Shown: positions 19,525 through 29,852, counted from the first letter of the stretch. The stretch is DNA of 64,000 bases from Candidatus Pelearchaeum maunauluense (GCA_030059675.1 JANVYQ010000002.1:18260-82259); one strand, 5' to 3'. Program-made: numbers and translations. The notes: generated by a model not told the origin, from the sequence alone.

Positions 19525-20082
19525 TTACACAGGCTCAACAGCCTTCTGCTTCTCCTCCTCTATCCACTCCAGCTTCCCGAGCATAGGCTGCCGCGTAGTC
19601 AAGCCTATCTTGCCGCTAGTCCCAGATGATAAAGAGACAACAACTATACGCGCCCTAACATCATCACCAACCGTAAGCTTCCTACCAGTCTTCTTACCCA
19701 TGAGCATGTTATGCTTCTCATCATAGCTTATGTAGTCGTCGGTTATCTGTGATATGTGTAGAAGACCATCTAGAGGCCCAACGCGTACGAAGCATCCAAA
19801 CTCTGTTATCTCCACGACCTCCCCCAAGACAACTTCCTGAGACTTGGGCAAATACGTTATGAGCTTGAAGGTGCATCTATGGTATGTGGAGCCGTCGCGG
19901 GGCAGGAGATAGCCAACGGGGTCGACGTGAGCCTCGGCCACCAAGATTACATAGCCCAGCTCCTCATCAATCGTGCCCTCATACTGGCTCTTCAAGTTGT
20001 TTATCACTACCTCTTGGAGTGGCTTCCCAAAGTCTTTGGGGCTCACGCCGACAACATCCTGAACCTCAACGACCATAAACAC
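19525..20082 (-). CDS. rpoE: DNA-directed RNA polymerase subunit E' (Rpb7 homolog)
   Basis: 185 aa. N-terminal MFMVVEVQDVVGVSPKDFG and an S1-like GEVVEITEFGCFVRVGPLDGLLHISQ. Confidence 0.85.
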   Translation of the reverse strand: MFMVVEVQDVVGVSPKDFGKPLQEVVINNLKSQYEGTIDEELGYVILVAEAHVDPVGYLLPRDGSTYHRCTFKLITYLPKSQEVVLGEVVEITEFGCFVRVGPLDGLLHISQITDDYISYDEKHNMLMGKKTGRKLTVGDDVRARIVVVSLSSGTSGKIGLTTRQPMLGKLEWIEEEKQKAVEPV

Positions 20083-20160
20083 AGTTACAACACCGTATAG
20101 CGGCAGGGCTTGACCTTCTTAAGTATGCTCTCCTGAGCATGTAGTTTCATAATATAAGCA

Positions 20161-20547
20161 TTAGCGCGGCTCCAAGATTACGCGTGGCCTGCCAGTCTTC
20201 GAGAGCGTTACCGCTGGAATACCCTCGCCCCTAAGAGCTTGGAGAAGCTTGCGGTCAACCGTTAGGACTGGCAAGTTAAGCCTGCGGGCAGACTCCATCA
20301 ACGCATCATCGGCGCTCTTGCTTGGCTCATTCTCCACCACGCCAGCCTGCGACGCCAGCTTAAGCGCGACACGCGCAAGCCGCCCCAGCCTCCCCCTACG
20401 GCCAGAAAGGCTCCTAAGCTCGTCCAACACAGCTTGGGGAACAAGCAGCTCGACACACTCACCTAGATAATCCTCCAAGACGGCCACAAAATCACGCCCA
20501 ACATCAGCGCAGAGAATAAAAAAACTACTATCTACGAGGAGCTTCAA
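20161..20547 (-). CDS. PIN-domain protein of the conserved aIF2gamma-RpoE cluster
   Basis: 128 aa with acidic PIN residues (LLVDSSFFI...DD). Its position matches the conserved archaeal arrangement. Confidence 0.6.
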   Translation of the reverse strand: MKLLVDSSFFILCADVGRDFVAVLEDYLGECVELLVPQAVLDELRSLSGRRGRLGRLARVALKLASQAGVVENEPSKSADDALMESARRLNLPVLTVDRKLLQALRGEGIPAVTLSKTGRPRVILEPR

Positions 20548-20554
20548 CCCCCTC

Positions 20555-21799
20555 TCACGACACTATAGTCCCATACCCTATCAAACGCCACCCAGCACCA
20601 ATCTTACGCGAGATAGTAACCCTCCTCCCCTCCTCGGCGCAGACGGGGCGTGTAAGCTCAACCTGAACATAGTCCTGCGCCCTCTTACTCACAACACCGC
20701 TCGTAACGGCGGAGTAGACGTTTATTACTAGGGGCTCCTTCTCGGCTATGGGCTTCACTTCTATCTCCGCGTCAACCCCTAAGACGTGTTGGAAAAGCTC
20801 ATATTCTATCCTAAGACTGTTCCAGACAGGCGGGAGGGTTCCTGGCCTACCCGCCATATTGCCCACTAGCCCATCACTCTTGGCCAGGGCTGGGTCGAGG
20901 GTAGTCTCCACGCCTGTCAGGCCGCCTGACCATGCTTCGCCCACGCTCTTGCCCCCAGCCATGATATTGACAGCCTCAGTGTATAGCGGCTCGTAAGAGG
21001 AGCGCGGCTGCCCAGGCCTCGTGGGGACGCCTGGAGATATCTCAATCTCATCACCACGGCGTAGAACACCCTGCATAATGGAGCCACCTATTACCCCGCC
21101 CTTAATGCTCCGCGCAGGGGTGCCAGGCTGATTAACGTCAAACGACCTGATAATAGGCATCCTATACGGCTTCGAAACATCACGCTCAGGTGTCGGGATA
21201 TACTTCTCCATAGCATACAGGAGGGGCTCGATACCAATCCCATGCTGGCCAGAAACAGGGATTATGGGAACCCCGCCTCGCCCAAGCCGCTCAAGATGCT
21301 GCATAATCTCCTTATAATTCCTCAAAGCCCTCTCACGGTCTATCAAGTCAATCTTATTCTGCGCAAACACCATATTACTTATCCCTAGAATAACCGCCGC
21401 CTGCAGATGTTCGTTATCCTGAGGCTGGGGAAACCTCTGCCGCGAATCAACGACAAAAACAGCGCCGTCAAACAACGAAGCACCGCTAAGCATGGTAACC
21501 ATCAACGAATGATGACCAGGACAATCAATAAAACTAACAGCCCTAACAAACTCCGTCTCTACACCATGCAGAGGGCATCGCTCGCTAGTAGTATAGTTAA
21601 AAGGCTCCTCACAAACAGGACAGCGAAAAACACCCATATCGGCATAACCGATACGAATCGTAATCCCCCGCTTCAACTCCTCACTATGCCTCCCCGTCCA
21701 AACACCAGTCAAAGCCTGAACCAAAGTACTCTTACCATTATCCACATGCCCAAGAGTTCCGATGTTGATTTCTGGCTGTCTCGGCAATGGCTTACTCAT
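20555..21799 (-). CDS. eif2g: translation initiation factor aIF2 gamma subunit
   Basis: GTLGHVDNGKSTLVQALTG, zinc knuckle CPVCEEP...CPLHG and the domain II/III signature. 414 aa. Confidence 0.9.
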   Translation of the reverse strand: MSKPLPRQPEINIGTLGHVDNGKSTLVQALTGVWTGRHSEELKRGITIRIGYADMGVFRCPVCEEPFNYTTSERCPLHGVETEFVRAVSFIDCPGHHSLMVTMLSGASLFDGAVFVVDSRQRFPQPQDNEHLQAAVILGISNMVFAQNKIDLIDRERALRNYKEIMQHLERLGRGGVPIIPVSGQHGIGIEPLLYAMEKYIPTPERDVSKPYRMPIIRSFDVNQPGTPARSIKGGVIGGSIMQGVLRRGDEIEISPGVPTRPGQPRSSYEPLYTEAVNIMAGGKSVGEAWSGGLTGVETTLDPALAKSDGLVGNMAGRPGTLPPVWNSLRIEYELFQHVLGVDAEIEVKPIAEKEPLVINVYSAVTSGVVSKRAQDYVQVELTRPVCAEEGRRVTISRKIGAGWRLIGYGTIVS

Positions 21800-22221
21800 T
21801 CAGCACCTGCTAAACATATGTTACTTATATAGGTTGAACAACCCTACCGCGCTTAAGCTACTCTCTTCATACCCAGCTGATTAGCTCTTTAGGCGCTCTA
21901 ACTGCAATGTATTCTTTGGTATAACACATTCTCAAAAAGGACATATCTATTACTTTAATTTCATCATTTTTGGCATCTTCTCAATGTGATTTTTGGGGCT
22001 CTTAATGTTTTCAAGTAAAAATAAACTGAAAATTTACCTGCCATGCTAATAGTTAAACAAAACGAGGGATTCAGTTGTTTAAAACCAAAGGAATTTGATA
22101 ATGAGAATATGCTCATTTGTTGTGAGTTGGTGTTTCTGATATTTATGGTATTGAGTGGAGTTTGCTTGTTTTTGCTGTAGATTTTTATTTTGTTTGTTTT
22201 GTCTGTTGTTGGGTGGTTGCT

Positions 22222-23004
22222 GTGGGTAGGCTTGATGGGCGTGTTGCTGTTGTTACTGGTGGTTCGCGGGGTATTGGTCGGGCTGTTTGTCTTGCTTTGG
22301 CGCGTGAGGGTGCTGATGTTTGTGTGAATTATAATGCGTCGCGGGATGGTGCTCTTGAGGTTGTGCGTGAGATATCTGCGATGGGTAGGCGTGCTGTTGC
22401 TGTTCAGGGTGATGTGGGGGTCGCCGACGATGCTAGGGCTGTTGTGGAGAAGGCTATTGAAGAGTTTGGGGAGTTGCATATCTTGGTGAATAATGCTGGG
22501 ATTCTGCTGCGGGGTAGCTTTGAGTCCATCGGTGCTGAGGGGCTGGAGAGGATGGAGCGCATTAACGTTGGTGGGGTTATCCACTGCACTGAGGCGGCGG
22601 CTAAACACATGAGAGAGAAGCGCTATGGTAAGATAATCAACATAGCTAGCATCGCTGGTATAGGTACGGCGGTTGAGGGAACCACCCCATACGCTATGAC
22701 GAAGGCCGCTGTCATAATATTGACGAAACGCTATGCGTATGAGCTGGGCAGGTATAACATTAACGTTAATTGTATAGCCCCTGGCTATGTCTTAACAGAT
22801 ATGACCTCCGCTGGCAGGAGTAGGGAGGAGGTTGAGGAGCTGATAAGGACAGCTAGTCAGAAGAGTGTTTTGGGCCGTATCGGAAGACCTGAAGACATAG
22901 CTGGTGTTGTTGTCTTCCTCGCTTCCGACGAGTCGAGCTACATGACTGGCCAGACGTTGGTAGTTGATGGTGGTAGAGTAGATTTTCTAACGCACTCTCT
23001 CTAG
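22222..23004 (+). CDS. SDR-family oxidoreductase (3-oxoacyl-ACP reductase-like) with strongly G+T-skewed 5' third
   Basis: VAVVTGGSRGIGRAV Rossmann motif, NNAG, and Y-x3-K (YAMTKAA). The likely GTG start at 22222 removes the TTG-initiated hydrophobic leader. The first ~350 nt are almost devoid of A and C on the coding strand. Confidence 0.75.
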   Translation: MGRLDGRVAVVTGGSRGIGRAVCLALAREGADVCVNYNASRDGALEVVREISAMGRRAVAVQGDVGVADDARAVVEKAIEEFGELHILVNNAGILLRGSFESIGAEGLERMERINVGGVIHCTEAAAKHMREKRYGKIINIASIAGIGTAVEGTTPYAMTKAAVIILTKRYAYELGRYNINVNCIAPGYVLTDMTSAGRSREEVEELIRTASQKSVLGRIGRPEDIAGVVVFLASDESSYMTGQTLVVDGGRVDFLTHSL

Positions 23005-23420
23005 CTCTCCAGCTCCTCGCGCGCGAAGAATATTGCGTGCTCATACTCGTATGATTCGGTGCTGTCGCTGGCGTGTATCAGATTGTCTGTTATGTCTAGG
23101 CCATAGTCTCCCCGTATAGTGCCTGGCTCCGCCTTAACGGGGTCTGTAGCCCCTATGAGTCTGCGCACAACTTCTACCGCGCTTCTCCCTTCCCAGACCA
23201 TCAGCATAACCCTCCCTGAGGTTATCACGCGTATCAAATCGTTGAAAAAGGGCTTCCCTTCATGAACTTTGTAGAGACGCCGTGCCTCTTCTTGGCTTAT
23301 GTTACGCATCTTCGCCTGGACTAAGCGGAGTCCCTTCCTCTCCAGCCGTGCTATAACCTCGCCGATGAGGCCGCGTGATACGCAGCTAGGCTTTAGGATG
23401 ACGAATGTCCTCTCAACCAT
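23001..23420 (-). CDS. ndk: nucleoside diphosphate kinase
   Basis: ERTFVILKP...GLIGEVI...NLIHASDS (active-site His) NDK signatures. 139 aa. Confidence 0.9.
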   Translation of the reverse strand: MVERTFVILKPSCVSRGLIGEVIARLERKGLRLVQAKMRNISQEEARRLYKVHEGKPFFNDLIRVITSGRVMLMVWEGRSAVEVVRRLIGATDPVKAEPGTIRGDYGLDITDNLIHASDSTESYEYEHAIFFAREELES

Positions 23421-23460
23421 GAAACGCGGCTGGCGCTGCTACTATATGAATTGATATAAT

Positions 23461-23670
23461 TCAGGCCCGCCGTTCTTTCTTCCCATAGAAGGCTGTCCAC
23501 TTCAGCTTTCGCGCGTCCTTGCGCTGCTCTATCATGTAAATCCTGCATTTCCTGGAGCAGAACCAGAGCTGTGTACCATCATTCCTAACGTAGAGCATCC
23601 CCGTTCCATGCAGGAAGTCGCGGCCGCAGAAGGAGCACTTGTGGGTTGTTGGCATCTCCAAGACCACCAT
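23461..23670 (-). CDS. rpl24e: 50S ribosomal protein L24e
   Basis: 69 aa. [31 protein letters not shown] zinc ribbon typical of L24e. Confidence 0.85.
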   Translation of the reverse strand: MVVLEMPTTHKCSFCGRDFLHGTGMLYVRNDGTQLWFCSRKCRIYMIEQRKDARKLKWTAFYGKKERRA

Positions 23671-23678
23671 GCCAGACT

Positions 23679-23903
23679 CTACCTTATCTTCTCAGCCTCC
23701 CTCTCAGTGTCGAGCAGCATTAGGATATCGCCAACCCTCACTGGGCCCTTCACATTCCTGGAAATCACGCGGCCCTCATCCTTGCCGCGTAGTATGCGCA
23801 CCCTGACTTGCGTAACCTCGCCTGTAACGCCTGTCCTCCCCACGACCTGCTCGACAACCGCTGGGACTGGTTCTTCAACCTTCGGGGGTGCCTTCTGGCT
23901 CAT
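23679..23903 (-). CDS. rps28e: 30S ribosomal protein S28e
   Basis: 74 aa. [17 protein letters not shown]...GPVRVGDIL matches the S28e OB fold. Confidence 0.85.
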   Translation of the reverse strand: MSQKAPPKVEEPVPAVVEQVVGRTGVTGEVTQVRVRILRGKDEGRVISRNVKGPVRVGDILMLLDTEREAEKIR

Positions 23904-23916
23904 TACGGCTCACCCT

Positions 23917-24294
23917 TTATTTCTGCTGCCTTATCTCCGCTATCTTCTTGACTATCTCCTCTAAATATCCCTTAGCCTCGCCTGGGTCTGTTATGGAGAC
24001 AGCGCTGGCTGCCACAGCTATCCCAGCGACCTCGCCCAGCTGAGCCTTTGAGGGAACGAACATGTAGGGTATCTTCTTCTCGTCGCAGAGCGTCGGTAGG
24101 AAAGCCACTATCTCGGGCGGGTCTACGTCGGTGCTTATGACGACGAACTTGGCTTGGCCGCGCTCTATGGATTTTATCACCTCATTAACGCCCTTCCTAA
24201 TCTTGCCCGATGTCCTAGCTAGTCTTACAGCCTCTAGAGTGGCGCGTGTTAGCTCTTCAGGTGGCTGGAAAGTTACGTAGTATGGATTGGGCAT
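23917..24294 (-). CDS. rpl7ae: 50S ribosomal protein L7Ae (K-turn binding)
   Basis: 125 aa with GKIRKGVNEVIKSIERGQAKFVVISTDVDPPEIVAFLPTLCDEKKIPYMFV. Confidence 0.9.
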   Translation of the reverse strand: MPNPYYVTFQPPEELTRATLEAVRLARTSGKIRKGVNEVIKSIERGQAKFVVISTDVDPPEIVAFLPTLCDEKKIPYMFVPSKAQLGEVAGIAVAASAVSITDPGEAKGYLEEIVKKIAEIRQQK

Positions 24295-24422
24295 ACGCCT
24301 TCATCTCCTCCTCTTGTGAGATGGAGCACGAGTAGGCGAATACTTAAACCTATGCCGCTGGGATTGGCTTGTTTCGGGCTTATGCCAAACATTTTAGAGT
24401 TGGGGGCTTGAGATGTGTGGTG

Positions 24423-26144
24423 ATGGCCGAGGACCTGCGTAGACTGGCTCTGAAGTGGGCTCTGAGGAACGCCGTTGAGCATGGTGGAAAAGCCGCTGTC
24501 GGGCCTGTTATAGCGAAGCTCGTGGCTGAGGCGCCTGAGCTTAAGCGTAGGATGGGGGAGGTCAAGGATACCGTATCGCGGGTTGTGGAGGAGGTTAACC
24601 AGCTCCCGCTTGAGGAGCAGAGGGAGAGGCTCGCCGAGATTGCGCCAGATCTACTAGAGCGAAGACACACACGCGAGGAGAAGAAGCTCCCACCCCTCCC
24701 AGGCGCTGAGAGGGGCAAGGTCGTCACACGACTACCTCCCGAGCCCAGCGGTCCCATGCACTTGGGCCACGCTATGAGCGGCTTGCTCAACGAGATGTAT
24801 GCCCGCCAGTATGATGGTAAGCTTTGGCTACGTTTCGAGGATACTAACCCGCGTAAGGCTAGGCTTGAGTATTACGAGGTCTTTAGACGCGGTTATCGCT
24901 GGCTTGGGATAGAGTGGCACTATGAGAAGAATAATAGCGATGATATGAAGCTCTACTATGAGTATGCGGAAAAGCTACTACGCGGGGGGCAGCTATATGT
25001 ATGCGCGTGCTCCGCCGACGAGCTGAGCACCCAGAGGAGGACGATGGAGCCTTGCAGGCACCGCAGCCAAGGCGTTGGGGATAATCTAGAGCTTTGGAAG
25101 CGTATGTTGGATGGAGACTTTAAGGAAGGCGAGGCTGCTGTAAGGCTTCGCGGCGATTTGAAGAGCAGCAACACGGCCATGCGCGACCCAGTGATGTTCC
25201 GCGTAGTTGAGCATCCACATCCACTAACAGGCGACGAGTATAGGGTATGGCCCACCTACGACTTCGCAGCAGCCGTGCAGGACGCTATCTGCGGTGTGAC
25301 ACATGTTTTGAGGAGTAGTGAGTTCGCTTTTAGGGACGAGCTCCAAAACCATATACGAAACTTGCTCGGAATGAGGAATCCCGTAATTATCGAGTATTCG
25401 CGTTTTGAGTTTAAGGGAACCCCAACATCCAAGAGGCTCATCACGCCCTTGATAGAGGAGGGCGTGGTGAGTGGGTGGGATGACCCCCGTCTAGCGACTG
25501 TTGAGGGGGTTAGGAGGAGGGGGATACTTCCCGATGCTATACGGGAATTCACGGTAGCTCAGACTGGCTTCAGCTATGCTAGGCGGGAGTATGACTGGTC
25601 TCTTCTCTACAGCATCAATAGGAAAATTCTCGACCCGCGTGCTAGGCGGCTCTTCTTCGTTCCAAGCCCTGTTAGGCTGGTGGTGGCTGGCGCTCCCATG
25701 CTCTCGGTTGAGATACCTTACCACCCATCGCGCGACATGGGTAAGAGAATCCTAAGCGCGGGTGGTGTAATCTACGTTGCGCGGACTGATATAGAGAAGT
25801 TTAAGCCTGGAGACGAGTTTAGACTCAAGCAACTCATGAACGTCAGGCTAACTGGGGTTAAGGATGGCGAAGCCTATGGAGAGTTCCTGGGAGTTGAGCC
25901 TAAGCCTGATATTCCCATAATCCAGTGGGTCGGCGAGGATAATGTAGCGATTCGCGTTCTCAAGCCGCTCCCGCTCTATGACGAGGCTGGTGAGCTAAAT
26001 AGGAATAGCATGGAGACAATAACAGGCCTAGCCGAGCCCTCGGTAAGGGATGTGGCGGTTGATGAGATAGTGCAGTTTGAGCGCTTCGGCTTCTGTAGAA
26101 GAGACTATGGCGATGAGCTGGTCTTCATCTACGCGCATGAGTAA
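24423..26144 (+). CDS. gltX: glutamyl-tRNA synthetase (archaeal GluRS)
   Basis: Class I HIGH motif PEPSGPMHLGH and a KMSKS-like region (LITPLIEEG). The likely start is ATG 24423 (MAEDLRRLALKWAL) with TATA-like AAACATTTTAGAG ~25 nt upstream. Confidence 0.85.
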   Translation: MAEDLRRLALKWALRNAVEHGGKAAVGPVIAKLVAEAPELKRRMGEVKDTVSRVVEEVNQLPLEEQRERLAEIAPDLLERRHTREEKKLPPLPGAERGKVVTRLPPEPSGPMHLGHAMSGLLNEMYARQYDGKLWLRFEDTNPRKARLEYYEVFRRGYRWLGIEWHYEKNNSDDMKLYYEYAEKLLRGGQLYVCACSADELSTQRRTMEPCRHRSQGVGDNLELWKRMLDGDFKEGEAAVRLRGDLKSSNTAMRDPVMFRVVEHPHPLTGDEYRVWPTYDFAAAVQDAICGVTHVLRSSEFAFRDELQNHIRNLLGMRNPVIIEYSRFEFKGTPTSKRLITPLIEEGVVSGWDDPRLATVEGVRRRGILPDAIREFTVAQTGFSYARREYDWSLLYSINRKILDPRARRLFFVPSPVRLVVAGAPMLSVEIPYHPSRDMGKRILSAGGVIYVARTDIEKFKPGDEFRLKQLMNVRLTGVKDGEAYGEFLGVEPKPDIPIIQWVGEDNVAIRVLKPLPLYDEAGELNRNSMETITGLAEPSVRDVAVDEIVQFERFGFCRRDYGDELVFIYAHE

Positions 26145-27240
26145 GCTTGTTCCTAAGCTTTGGATGCTCGCGGCAACGCTGCTCAGCCCACTGTAATAAC
26201 GGGCCTAGTAGTATGAAATCCGCGGCCTTCAGCTTCTCTATGTCGCCGCTTCCTGTTAGGAGGAGAGCCGCCTTGAGTTCTGCCGCTATCTGCTTGAGCT
26301 TCGCGATAACGGCTTCTGCGCTTCGTGCTGCTGGCTCTAGTAATGGGTGCGCGAAGCCAACCATATCCGCGCCTAGAGCTATAGCCTTCGCTGCATCAAG
26401 GCCTGTTCTCATTCCGCCTGAGGCGACCACGTAGAGCGAAGTCGCTGCCCGCACCTCAAGTGTGGCGGCTGCTGTCGGTATTCCCCACTCAAGAAACGTC
26501 TCAGCAACCCTAGCCTTCTCTACGGAGTTCAGCTCCTCAGCCCTGATAAGCTCTATCAACGTCCAGTTAGTCCCACCTGAGCCCGCAACATCTATGGCGC
26601 TTGCCCCAGCTTCCTCCAAACGTCTTGCTGCGTCTCCGGAGATTCCGCATCCAACCTCCTTCACGATTATCGGCACATTAAGCTCTCTCCTCAGCTCTCT
26701 GAGCGCTCTAAGCAGCCCCCTGAAGTTCGCTAATCCATCTGGCTGGACAAGCTCCTGCAATGGGTTGAGGTGTATTGCTATAGCGTCTGCGTCTATCATC
26801 TCAATAGCCTTTATAGCCAGCTCTGGGCCATGCTCCACTAGTTGCACTCCGCCTATATTGGCTATTAGAAAGCCGTCTGGCGCCCTGTCGCGGGCAATCC
26901 TGAACGTTCGCGCCAGCTCAGGCCTTACTATCGCCGCCCTCTGGCTGCCTACGCCTGTAGGTATCTTGAGCGTGGCAGCGGCCTCGGCTAGGTTTCCGTT
27001 TATCTTCTCAGCCTCGGCAGTCCCGCCTGTCATCCCCTCAATAAGAAGCGGCATACCGAATGTTTTATCCAAGAAACGCGCCTCAAGCCTAAGCTCATCC
27101 TCACTAAGCTCTGGCGCAGCATTATGTACAAGCTCCACAAACTCAAACCAGCTGGTCTTCTCCTTGTACGAAACATCTTGATTGAGGCTTATCTTGATGT
27201 GGTCCCGCTTCCTAGCCTCTATCGACAAGCTCCCCCTCAA
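26125..27240 (-). CDS. fni: isopentenyl-diphosphate delta-isomerase type 2 (FMN-dependent IDI-2)
   Basis: 371 aa TIM-barrel with the IDI-2 signature blocks (LLIEGMTGG..., VASGGMRTGLD). Confidence 0.85.
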   Translation of the reverse strand: MRGSLSIEARKRDHIKISLNQDVSYKEKTSWFEFVELVHNAAPELSEDELRLEARFLDKTFGMPLLIEGMTGGTAEAEKINGNLAEAAATLKIPTGVGSQRAAIVRPELARTFRIARDRAPDGFLIANIGGVQLVEHGPELAIKAIEMIDADAIAIHLNPLQELVQPDGLANFRGLLRALRELRRELNVPIIVKEVGCGISGDAARRLEEAGASAIDVAGSGGTNWTLIELIRAEELNSVEKARVAETFLEWGIPTAAATLEVRAATSLYVVASGGMRTGLDAAKAIALGADMVGFAHPLLEPAARSAEAVIAKLKQIAAELKAALLLTGSGDIEKLKAADFILLGPLLQWAEQRCREHPKLRNKLTHARR

Positions 27241-28016
27241 CTCTTGGTGAGTCTGGTTCCTTTTACCTTCTCTCCTTTTACAGCCGCCTCAACCCTTCCC
27301 TCCACCAGGCCGTTCACGAATATTACATCAACCCCAGCTGCGACAGCTCCAAACGCCTCGTCAACCTTGCTGAACATCCCTCCGGTAACGTCGTTTACAG
27401 GGTGGTAGATTATTGAGGCGTGTCTTTTCTGGCCCAGCTCTTCAACTAGTTTCTTCTCCCCTGTGTTGCGGTCTGTCTCATAGATTCCATCCACGTCGGT
27501 AGCGAAGACGAGTCTCCTAGCCTTGAGCCTCTTTGCTAGATATACTGCTATCGTGTCGCCTGAGAGTATGGTGAATTTTCTCTCACGGTCAAATACTGCG
27601 TCGCCGCATGTTACTGGGATTACCCCGATATCCAGCGCCGAGAAGAGCGTATCCAAGAGGGCTGTCTCTATGGAGCCGTCGCGGGTAACGAAGAGGAGTG
27701 AGGCCGGCATCCCCACGGCGCCTATTCCCGTCTCTATTAGGGTTTGGACGATTCTGCTATTAAGCTCGCGCATGGCTTGGATTGTCTTTACGAAGCCTTC
27801 AAGCTGTCGTAGCTCGCGGTATCCCTGGGCTATTCCATATTCCCGCGCTATAGTGTGGCCGAATGAGCCTCCGCCGTGTATTATGAGGAGCGGCGTGGGC
27901 CAGCATCGGAAGACCTCCCTACCTATGCGCGCAACCACCTCAGACCTGTATGAGAATGGTGTCTTCTTATCGGTTATGACGGAGCCTCCCAGCTTCAGTA
28001 TTACTAGGTCGCTCAC
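27237..28016 (-). CDS. isopentenyl phosphate kinase (amino-acid-kinase fold)
   Basis: LVILKLGGSVITDK...IIHGGGSFGH motifs. Position between mvk and idi2 matches the archaeal mevalonate cluster. Confidence 0.8.
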   Translation of the reverse strand: MSDLVILKLGGSVITDKKTPFSYRSEVVARIGREVFRCWPTPLLIIHGGGSFGHTIAREYGIAQGYRELRQLEGFVKTIQAMRELNSRIVQTLIETGIGAVGMPASLLFVTRDGSIETALLDTLFSALDIGVIPVTCGDAVFDRERKFTILSGDTIAVYLAKRLKARRLVFATDVDGIYETDRNTGEKKLVEELGQKRHASIIYHPVNDVTGGMFSKVDEAFGAVAAGVDVIFVNGLVEGRVEAAVKGEKVKGTRLTKS

Positions 28017-29011
28017 CCTTCTTCCACCCTAACACCTGGCTCTGAGCATCTGGCAACCCATACGCGGGGGAAAGCCCTGCTGGTTCTTTCGCATATCTTC
28101 TCCAGCTCATCGTCCTTGGCTACAGCTATCACGCAGCCACCGCCGCCTGCTCCTGTGAGCTTAGCCCCATAAGCGCCGCTTCTCTGCAAAACCTCCACCG
28201 CCCGCTCAATATCCTTTGTGGAAACGCCTACTGCGCGTAATAGTAGTTGGTTAAGCCGCATAAGCTCACCCATACGCTTGAGGTCAAGCGCCTTAAGTGC
28301 CTCCAGGGCTTCCTTCACCAGCTCGTCATAAAGCGCCTTAAGCTCCTCAAATATCTCTCTATTCTCAGAGGCGAAGCGCGATACTTTTTCCACGAGCTTA
28401 CCCGTGCTCCTCCTCTCCCCAGTATCTACGACCAGCAACCTAAGGCTGGATGGCAGCTCTATACTCTCCCACGTATCTGGTCTCCTATATGCGAGCGTCC
28501 CACCTACCGTTGTTATATGCGGGTCTATTCCCGAAGGCCTGCCGTGTATCTCCTGCTCTGCCTTCATAGCCCAGCGCTTCACGTCGCTTGGCTGCAGCTC
28601 ATGCCCTAGAAGGGTTGAGAGCGCTTTTGCTGTGGCAGCGGATACTGCTGCTGAAGAGCCTAGCCCAGCTCCGCGCGGCATGTCGGAGCTGATAACAACC
28701 TCAACGCCAGCAGCTCCTCCCAGCTCAGAGAGTATAGACTCCACAAGCCCAATAAGGGGGTGAAGCGTCCTCCAGGCAGAGCTGCTGCTACACCTAACCA
28801 CGCCGTCCCGCTTGGAGCAGACTGCGCGGCCAGACCTAATAGACAGCCCCTCGCCAACGAGGCTACATACAACATCAACACGGCAGTCAATAGCAGTAAC
28901 TATCGCGGTGCTACCATGTACGACGAAGTGTTCTCCCCAGAGGATAACCTTCCCAGGCGCGGATGCCCTGACTCTCTCCCGCCTCATTCCTGCGGCAACT
29001 CTATCACGCAT
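28013..29011 (-). CDS. mvk: mevalonate kinase
   Basis: GHMP-kinase motifs APGKVILWGEHFVVHG and PRGAGLGSSAA. 332 aa. Confidence 0.85.
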   Translation of the reverse strand: MRDRVAAGMRRERVRASAPGKVILWGEHFVVHGSTAIVTAIDCRVDVVCSLVGEGLSIRSGRAVCSKRDGVVRCSSSSAWRTLHPLIGLVESILSELGGAAGVEVVISSDMPRGAGLGSSAAVSAATAKALSTLLGHELQPSDVKRWAMKAEQEIHGRPSGIDPHITTVGGTLAYRRPDTWESIELPSSLRLLVVDTGERRSTGKLVEKVSRFASENREIFEELKALYDELVKEALEALKALDLKRMGELMRLNQLLLRAVGVSTKDIERAVEVLQRSGAYGAKLTGAGGGGCVIAVAKDDELEKICERTSRAFPRVWVARCSEPGVRVEEG

Positions 29012-29841
29012 GAAGCATAGCCGACCACGCTGCTATAGTCCCCGCTGGTATCCCCGCTTGTTGCGTGCTTGATTATCTCAGCCCTGGAAGCTCCCAGTCG
29101 CTTGGCAGCGGTAATCACAGCAGCCATAGCGCCAAAACCACACATGGATATATCATGCTTGTACATCTCAGTGTAAAGACCACCGACATCAAGCTCTGCT
29201 ATCCTCTCAAGCGCTATAGCATCCTTCTTCTTCACGCTTTCATGCGGCTCGTAATGCGTAAAGTCGCTGGAGGCAACGAGAAGTATATCCCGCCCATCAA
29301 CAACACGGGCGAGAGCTTCACCAACCTCAACGCATGTTTCCTCAGACTGGTCAAGGACGCATATTGGGAGGAACGTGAAGTCGCCCAGCAAGTATTGGAG
29401 GAACGGGACCTGTACTTCTATTGAGTGCTCGCTGCGGTGGGAAACCTCATCCAGCGAGAATATATCCGACTCGCGCGCCAGCTCAGTGGCTAGAGCGTTA
29501 TCTATCTTTACAGCCCCCAGCGGTGTAAGCCACTCCCCGTCGGGAAAGATTGAAACAGCGGTGCCTATACCATAGTGGTTAGGCCCCACGACGACTACCG
29601 TAGCTGGCCTGCGCCTGCCCGCGAGCCTGATATAGCTATGCGCCGCCACTGGCCCTGAGTACATATAGCCTGCGTGGGGGCAGATTAGCGCTGGGAGACG
29701 CCTCTCCCCATGCTTTATCGGCGTCTCGGGAAGCGTTCCAGGCCCTATGCTGGATGTGAAGCACTCCTCTATCTGTTTAACCAGCTCTTCGCGCGTCCCA
29801 GCGTAGAACGCACCAGCTACTGCTGGCCTTCTCCTCCCCAT
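28984..29841 (-). CDS. MEMO1-family protein (AmmeMemoRadiSam system protein B)
   Basis: AGAFYAGT...ICPHAGYMYSG...SSDFTHYEP signatures of the Memo/UPF0103 family. 285 aa. Confidence 0.8.
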   Translation of the reverse strand: MGRRRPAVAGAFYAGTREELVKQIEECFTSSIGPGTLPETPIKHGERRLPALICPHAGYMYSGPVAAHSYIRLAGRRRPATVVVVGPNHYGIGTAVSIFPDGEWLTPLGAVKIDNALATELARESDIFSLDEVSHRSEHSIEVQVPFLQYLLGDFTFLPICVLDQSEETCVEVGEALARVVDGRDILLVASSDFTHYEPHESVKKKDAIALERIAELDVGGLYTEMYKHDISMCGFGAMAAVITAAKRLGASRAEIIKHATSGDTSGDYSSVVGYASCVIELPQE

Positions 29842-29852
29842 CCCCAGCTCAA

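Noticed and set aside
21964-22608. 214-aa ORF on the minus strand
   Set aside because: Extremely low-complexity (T/N/P/S-rich) translation of the reverse strand of the AT-rich spacer and the G+T-skewed SDR gene 5' end. It is an antisense artefact.
26462-27181. 239-aa + strand ORF inside idi2
   Set aside because: Ala/Ser-rich antisense frame of the well-supported IDI-2 gene. This is the typical GC-rich shadow ORF.
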